64,000 nt of DNA, from the NCBI GenBank assembly GCA_963695225.1, contig OY968762.1, positions 2,272,001 through 2,336,000 of the forward strand, written 5' to 3'. Origin of the DNA: Vulcanimicrobiota bacterium. Its GTDB lineage: Bacteria > Vulcanimicrobiota > Vulcanimicrobiia > Vulcanimicrobiales > Vulcanimicrobiaceae. Position numbers and translations under genes: made by a program. Positions within the stretch are counted from its first letter, which is position 1. Each line of letters opens with the position of its first letter. The notes under the pieces were generated by a model that was not told the DNA's origin, ran no database searches, and saw nothing but the letters and a program-made list of their open reading frames with translations. Below are positions 58,820 through 64,000 of this stretch, in pieces.

Positions 58820-60383
58820 CGCCAAGCCGCTTGAGAGCATCGCGAATTGCGCCATCTAACCGCGCTGACTCCAACTGCTGCTCTCGCAGAAGCGACGCGA
58901 GTCGTAGCAGTTTTTCGGCGAACGGCTCTCCGTCGCTTTCAACGTCCTCCGTTCCAACATAGCGTCCTGGAGTTAGGACGTGACCGTGCTCGCGGACCTC
59001 ATCGCGGGTTGCGGCTTTGCAGAAGCCGGGAACGTCAGCATACTCGCAGTCCTTCGAACGCCACGCGTGATAAGCGTTGGCAATCCTGGTGATATCCTCA
59101 CGGAGTAAGGCTTTGTGCGTGCGGTCGGTCATCTCGCCCGTCTTGCGGGCGTCGATGAACAGAATCTCACCACTACGGTCGCGAAACTTGTGGTTGCGGC
59201 GGTCCCGGGCAAGGATCCATACGCAGACCGGGATCTGCGTCGTGTAGAAAAGCTGGCCGGGCAACGCGATCATGCAGTCGACCAGCCCGCCGTTCTGGGC
59301 TTCGATGAGGGCCTTGCGGATATCACCCTCGCCGCTCTGGTTCGAGGACATGGATCCATTCGCCATGACGAACGCGGCGACACCAGTCGGTGCGAGGTGG
59401 TGCACGAAGTGCTCGATCCAGGCGTAATTTGAGTTCCCCGCCGGTGGGATGCCGAACTTCCAACGCTTGTCGTCACGCAGGCCCTCGCCGCCCCACTCGC
59501 TGTCGTTGAACGGCGGGTTCGCGAGGATGAAATCGGCTTTGAGGTCGGGGTACGCATCTTGGAGGAACGAGCCGCCTTCGTTCCAGGTAATGTCGGCTTC
59601 GATGCCCCGGATCGCGAGGTTCATCATCGCGAGCCGCCAGGTTGTGTGGTTCGATTCCTGACCGTAGATCGAGACGTCGCCGATCCTTCCGCCGTGCGCG
59701 AGCACGAATGCTTCGGACTGCACGAACATCCCGCCGGAGCCGCAGCACGGGTCGAATACTCGTCCCTTGTACGGCTCGATCATCTCGACGAGCAGCCGAA
59801 CGAGAGAGCGCGGCGTATAGAACTCACCGCCCGCCTTGCCTTCGGCGTTAGCGAACCGGCCGAGGAAGTATTCATAGACGCGGCCGATCACGTCGTGTTT
59901 CCGCGCCTCCGCGTTGCCGAGGCCGATGCCGTTCACCAGGTCCACGATCGCACCGAGGCGCGTCGAGCCGAGCGAAGGTTTCGCGTATTCCTTCGGCAGT
60001 ACGCCGCGCAGGCGCGGGTTGTCATGCTCGATCGCGATCATCGCCTTATCGACGATCTCGCCGATTTGCGGAGTCTTCGCCTTCGCGGCGATCTGTGACC
60101 AGCGCGCGTCGGGCGGGACCCAGAATATGTTCTCGGCGACGTATTCGTCCCGATCCTCGGGATCGGACTCAGAGTCTTGCACGAGTTGGGCGTGCTTCTC
60201 CTCGAACGCGTCCGAGATGTACTTCAGGAAGATCAGGCCAAGGACGGGGTGCTTGTACTCCGAGGCATCCATCGAGCCCCGGAGCTGGTCTGCCGCCGAC
60301 CAGAGCGTCGCTTCGAACCCGAGGTCCCCGCCGTTCGTCTTCTTCGCGCTCGTGGCGGTCGCGGCGGCTTTCACGCGTGGCAT
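58809..60383 (-). CDS. hsdM: type I R-M N6-adenine methyltransferase
   Basis: [30 protein letters not shown]. Confidence 0.95.
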   Translation of the reverse strand: MPRVKAAATATSAKKTNGGDLGFEATLWSAADQLRGSMDASEYKHPVLGLIFLKYISDAFEEKHAQLVQDSESDPEDRDEYVAENIFWVPPDARWSQIAAKAKTPQIGEIVDKAMIAIEHDNPRLRGVLPKEYAKPSLGSTRLGAIVDLVNGIGLGNAEARKHDVIGRVYEYFLGRFANAEGKAGGEFYTPRSLVRLLVEMIEPYKGRVFDPCCGSGGMFVQSEAFVLAHGGRIGDVSIYGQESNHTTWRLAMMNLAIRGIEADITWNEGGSFLQDAYPDLKADFILANPPFNDSEWGGEGLRDDKRWKFGIPPAGNSNYAWIEHFVHHLAPTGVAAFVMANGSMSSNQSGEGDIRKALIEAQNGGLVDCMIALPGQLFYTTQIPVCVWILARDRRNHKFRDRSGEILFIDARKTGEMTDRTHKALLREDITRIANAYHAWRSKDCEYADVPGFCKAATRDEVREHGHVLTPGRYVGTEDVESDGEPFAEKLLRLASLLREQQLESARLDGAIRDALKRLGDGN

Positions 60384-61029
60384 ACGCTGAAGCGCTCGCC
60401 TTTCTGCGGTCTGCCCGGGTGGGGCGACGTCGTTGGTAGCGCCCCGTAGTTGGTCGGCCTCAGCACTTTGCGATTGGCCCTGGCGCGCTTGGTGGTGATC
60501 GGCGCGGTCTTGCCGCTCCTAAAGGTGGCGTTCGTTGTCATCGGTCTCCGGAAGGAAATTCGGCCGTTGTTTAAGATATCTCGGGGCTCCTTGCAACGTT
60601 CGCGGGCGGGCCCCGTACTCATCGCTTCGGGCGGGCGATGAGTCAAACGGTTCTCAACCGGCTGAGCGTCAAGAGCGCGGATCGCTCACTACCGCCATTG
60701 GCCGGCTCAGGATTGTCGAGCGTGGACCTCTTTGCCGGAGAGCTTCAGGGAGCCAAAGCACCCGCTTCTGGCGGAGACCCATCGGAAAGCCTTCACCGAT
60801 TTTTCGGGTCCCTGTTTCGATGAGGTCATCTTATCTCGGCCAGCGCACCGCGAATCGGCGAAATCCACGCGCGTAGGCCGATCGGATCTGTTCGGCGTGG
60901 CACCGTTGTGGCACGGATTCGGTGCCACGGGCTGATTTTTGACGATACCAGCCAGGACGGAAATGCGCGGAAAACCCTTATAGAATCGGCCTTTGCGACA
61001 CCGGAGCGAACCAGGGGCGATGAGAGCCC

Positions 61030-61057
61030 ACGGGTTCGACTCCCGTTGGCGCTACCA
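61030..61057 (+). repeat. attR core (duplicated tRNA-Glu 3' end)
   Basis: 28/28 identity to 40023-40050. Confidence 0.93.
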
Positions 61058-62227
61058 GAATTTGCCCGTACGCAGGGGTGGCCCGTCTTCTTGCGCGAGC
61101 GGAGTGGTTGTCGGCCGGCGAACGCCCGCGCGTTGGGCGCGCGGGGCCGGGCTCTCGGCTACGGAACGGATCCAGTGGCGCGCGGGAGTCTCGACCCACA
61201 GGAAGAGCGCAAGGCTCGCTGCGAGGGAGAGCGCGAACGCCGCGAGCACCGTGAACGCTCCGTCTCCGGCGAATCGCTGGACGATGAGCAGCACCGTGTG
61301 ATGCACGAGGTAGAAGGCGAAGCTGATCTCGCCGAGCCGCACGCACGCCGGGTGCGAGAGGAACCGCGAGATTGCACCGCGCCCTTCGGCGAACGTGAGG
61401 ATCGCGAACGCGGCCCACGGCATCATCCAGAGCGCGGGGCGCAGTGGCCAGGGGACCGACGGGAGCGCTAGCATCGCGAGGGCGAAAGCGAGGAGCGCGG
61501 CGATCTCGTTCCGCGTCGCGGCCGCCGCCGAAACCGCGCGGCTCGGCCGCAGGAACGCGTACCCGGCCAGCATGCCCACGGCGAAATCGATGAGGCGGGT
61601 CGTGGGAAGCGTGTAGAGCTTCCACCAGCTCCAATCTCCGGATGCGGCGAGCGCGAGGCCCGCCGCCCAGAGAAGCAGCCCGTAGAGGAGAATGCGCGAG
61701 CGCGCTTGGGGCGCGACCCAGTGCGAGCCGAGAACCGCGAGGACCGGGAAGCACGCATAGAAGAACGCCTCGTCGCTGATGCTCCAAGAAGGCGAGTTGA
61801 GGCCGACGCGGATGAAGACGTCGGGGCTCCAAGCATGGACGAGCAGCGCTTGCGTGAGGGATTCTTCCACGCGGTACCGGAGCCCGAGATTCCAAGGGAG
61901 GTAATTTCCCGCGATCGCGAGGCCGATGCCGGCGGCGAGCATCGTCACCGCGTGCGTCGGATAGATGCGGGCAAAGCGCGCTACCAGGAATCGTCGCGTC
62001 GCGGCCGCCGAGAATCCGGCCGCGAAGTCCGCGTGGTGGGCATAGGTCAAGATGAAGCCCGAGAGCACGAAGAAAAATCCGACGCCGATCGCGCCGAGAT
62101 TGTAGCCGGGGAGCGTCCGTTCGGAGCCCAGCGCGTGATAGCAATAGACCAGCATCGCGGCGGCAAACCGGAGGGACGTCAGGGGCTTCAGGTCGCGCTT
62201 GGGTACAGCGCGGCCGATAGCGTTCAC
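61052..62227 (-). CDS. acyltransferase family 3
   Basis: LTSLRFAAA, FFFVLSGFIL, RFARIYP, WSISDEAFFY, LGEISFAFYLVH. Confidence 0.9.
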   Translation of the reverse strand: MNAIGRAVPKRDLKPLTSLRFAAAMLVYCYHALGSERTLPGYNLGAIGVGFFFVLSGFILTYAHHADFAAGFSAAATRRFLVARFARIYPTHAVTMLAAGIGLAIAGNYLPWNLGLRYRVEESLTQALLVHAWSPDVFIRVGLNSPSWSISDEAFFYACFPVLAVLGSHWVAPQARSRILLYGLLLWAAGLALAASGDWSWWKLYTLPTTRLIDFAVGMLAGYAFLRPSRAVSAAAATRNEIAALLAFALAMLALPSVPWPLRPALWMMPWAAFAILTFAEGRGAISRFLSHPACVRLGEISFAFYLVHHTVLLIVQRFAGDGAFTVLAAFALSLAASLALFLWVETPARHWIRSVAESPAPRAQRAGVRRPTTTPLAQEDGPPLRTGKFW

Positions 62228-62385
62228 AAGACGCCTATCGGTTCGATCTCGCGGCGAACTTAGCCCGGCCCCCGTCGCCTTCTTGGCGTTCGCATCCGCA
62301 CGATCGCGGCGGATCGTCCCATAAGGGTCTTCCGACCAGCCGCCTCGTGGGCTCCGCCGCTCGGCGGTAAAACATCCCTAAGGAG

Positions 62386-63660
62386 TCATTGAGCGCCGTT
62401 CGGCGCGACAGCCGGGACGCCGCGCTCTCTGACGCTCTCACGGCGCAGGATCACCGCCGCTGAAAGCACCGCGGCGATCAGCAGCAGGAGCTGCGGCGCG
62501 AGACTTTGCGTATACGGGTAGATGCCGAGCGCGGGAAGCTCCGGCGCCCAGCGCAGAAGCGTCGGCGTGAACACCTTCGCCTCCACCAGTTCCATGACGC
62601 CCTTGCCCGCGAACACGAAGGCCATCAGGTAGAGCAGCAAGCCGGTGGCCTGAAAGAACGGGCGAACCGGTAGCCGCATGGCGCCGGCCCGCATCCCCCA
62701 ATAGACGGCCCCGAGTGCGAGGCAGCCCAGGCCGAACCCCGCACCGATTGCGATCAGGCCGGCTGCGTTCGCGCCGGCGGTCAAGGCCTGATAGAACAGC
62801 ACGGTCTCGGCGCCCTCGCGGTACACGGCGAGGAAGCTCGCGAGCCACAGCGCCGTCATGGAACCGGAGGAAAGCGAGCCTTCGACCTTGCCCTTGATGT
62901 ACGCGGACCACTTCTGCGCTTCGGCCTTGGAGATGAGCCAATAGCTCATCGAGAAGAGGACGGCGGCCGCGACGAGCAGCGTACCGCCCTCCAGCACTCC
63001 CTGACTTCCGGCCGCGCCGCGGAACGCCAAACCGAGCACGACCGCCGTCGCCACGCTGGCGAGCAACGCGACCACGACGCTGCTGCCGATCACTCGCTGC
63101 TTTTCGCCATGCCCCGTCTTGACGAGGTAGGCGACGACGGCCGTCAGGATCAGCATCGCCTCGAAGCCTTCCCGCACGACGATCAGCAGCGAGTACCCGA
63201 AGAGGCTTGCCGGGTCGCCGCTCCGCTCGCCGGCCAACAGCGAGGCCGCTCGATCCAGATCGGATCGGAGGGCGGCGGCCTCGAGCGCGAGCGCGCCGGA
63301 CTGGGCGCCTTTGGCCAGCGCGATCGATTTGTCGATGTGGCCTTCGAGCACGGCCTCGAGCGCGGCGTCGCGGGACCCGAGGCGAGCTTCCATGCCGCTT
63401 GCTTCGAAGACGTCGGAATCCATGGACTGCAGCAGGGCCGCCGCGGCGCCGCTCTCCCGCCGCTTCGCGAGGTCGACGGCCCGCGCGACGCCTGCGTCGA
63501 TCTTCGCGGCGACGGCGTTCCAGTCGGCCGTGGCGGCCGAAGACGGTCCGGCCTCGGCCGCGCCCGCCGCGAGAGATTGGGCGAGCGCGAAGGATGCGAG
63601 GAGGAGCACCGGGAGCAGGCCTCGGCGGCAGGCAGCCCCGGTCGTTTCGGCGTGGAGCAT
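62386..63660 (-). CDS. FTR1-family iron permease
   Basis: Two REGxE motifs (REGFE, REGAE), periplasmic helical N-domain; start uncertain. Confidence 0.88.
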   Translation of the reverse strand: MLHAETTGAACRRGLLPVLLLASFALAQSLAAGAAEAGPSSAATADWNAVAAKIDAGVARAVDLAKRRESGAAAALLQSMDSDVFEASGMEARLGSRDAALEAVLEGHIDKSIALAKGAQSGALALEAAALRSDLDRAASLLAGERSGDPASLFGYSLLIVVREGFEAMLILTAVVAYLVKTGHGEKQRVIGSSVVVALLASVATAVVLGLAFRGAAGSQGVLEGGTLLVAAAVLFSMSYWLISKAEAQKWSAYIKGKVEGSLSSGSMTALWLASFLAVYREGAETVLFYQALTAGANAAGLIAIGAGFGLGCLALGAVYWGMRAGAMRLPVRPFFQATGLLLYLMAFVFAGKGVMELVEAKVFTPTLLRWAPELPALGIYPYTQSLAPQLLLLIAAVLSAAVILRRESVRERGVPAVAPNGAQ

Positions 63661-63736
63661 GCGCAGAAAGAACTGGTGCAACGTTACCTCCCAAACGGTC
63701 GCGCCGCGGCTGGATGCGGAGCCGGAACGAGTGATG

Positions 63737-63786
63737 TTAGGCACGCCTAATCCCTAATGAGTGCGCGTATTAGGCAGGCCTAATAC
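63737..63786. promoter_or_regulatory. two palindromic DtxR/IdeR/MntR-like boxes
   Basis: TTAGGC-AC-GCCTAA (63737-63750) and GTATTAGGC-AG-GCCTAATAC (63767-63786). Confidence 0.65.
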
Positions 63787-63885
63787 CAAGCCCTCCGGTG
63801 ACAGAACCCGGTTCCCGTTAGCGCTCCCGGAGTTTCCCGGTCCCTCAGAATCATCCGAGGATCCCCTGGGACGATCTCCCCCGAT

Positions 63886-64000
63886 ATGCGACCGGTCCGG
63901 ACACTCGCCGCCTCGTTAGCAGCCGTCGCCTTTTTGGCGTTTGCCCTCCCGTTCCCGGCGCGTGCGCAGAGCGCCACTGGAGAGATCGATCTCGAGGTCA
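63886..64000 (+). CDS. secreted protein N-terminus (possibly TonB-dependent receptor), runs off window
   Basis: MRPVRTLAASLAAVAFLAFALPFPARAQSATGEIDLEV: signal peptide with ARA cleavage site. Confidence 0.6.
   Translation, partial: MRPVRTLAASLAAVAFLAFALPFPARAQSATGEIDLEV

Noticed and set aside
60371..60541. YjzC-like small ORF upstream of hsdM
   Set aside because: Only faint resemblance ([14 protein letters not shown]); cannot be supported.
60732..60935. Integrase C-terminal remnant next to attR
   Set aside because: Position is suggestive, but no catalytic HxxR or HY motifs are recognisable.
63661..63744. N-terminal extension of FTR1 to GTG 63744
   Set aside because: That start lies inside the palindromic operator, and the signal peptide begins further downstream.

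Overview
High-GC bacterial chromosomal window. The gene set and TonB receptors would fit an Eremiobacterota-like diderm, but that is inference only. Positions 1-40050 are mostly housekeeping: methylmalonyl-CoA mutase subunits, gltX, glmU, thyX, pth-rplY-prs, uvrB, uvrA, ligA, nnr, acpS, birA, ndk, eno and three tRNAs. Positions 40051-61057 are a ~21 kb island integrated at tRNA-Glu and flanked by a 28-bp direct repeat. It carries a tyrosine integrase/xis pair, HicAB remnants, three AbiE-type type IV TA pairs, a TIGR04255-like three-gene operon interrupted by an IS21 element, and a type I R-M operon with an embedded Abi/HEPN gene. Top observations: (1) a 27-codon Cys-rich leader peptide with terminator/antiterminator architecture directly upstream of tRNA-Cys, apparently ribosome-mediated attenuation of a tRNA gene by its own charging level; (2) an Abi nuclease inside the hsd operon whose C-terminus resembles the C-terminal domain of the adjacent HsdR; (3) the three-gene TIGR04255/HTH/SQTCD module; (4) a stand-alone partial paralogue coupled to a STAND-type LuxR regulator. 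All family assignments come from motif recognition by eye, not database searches.
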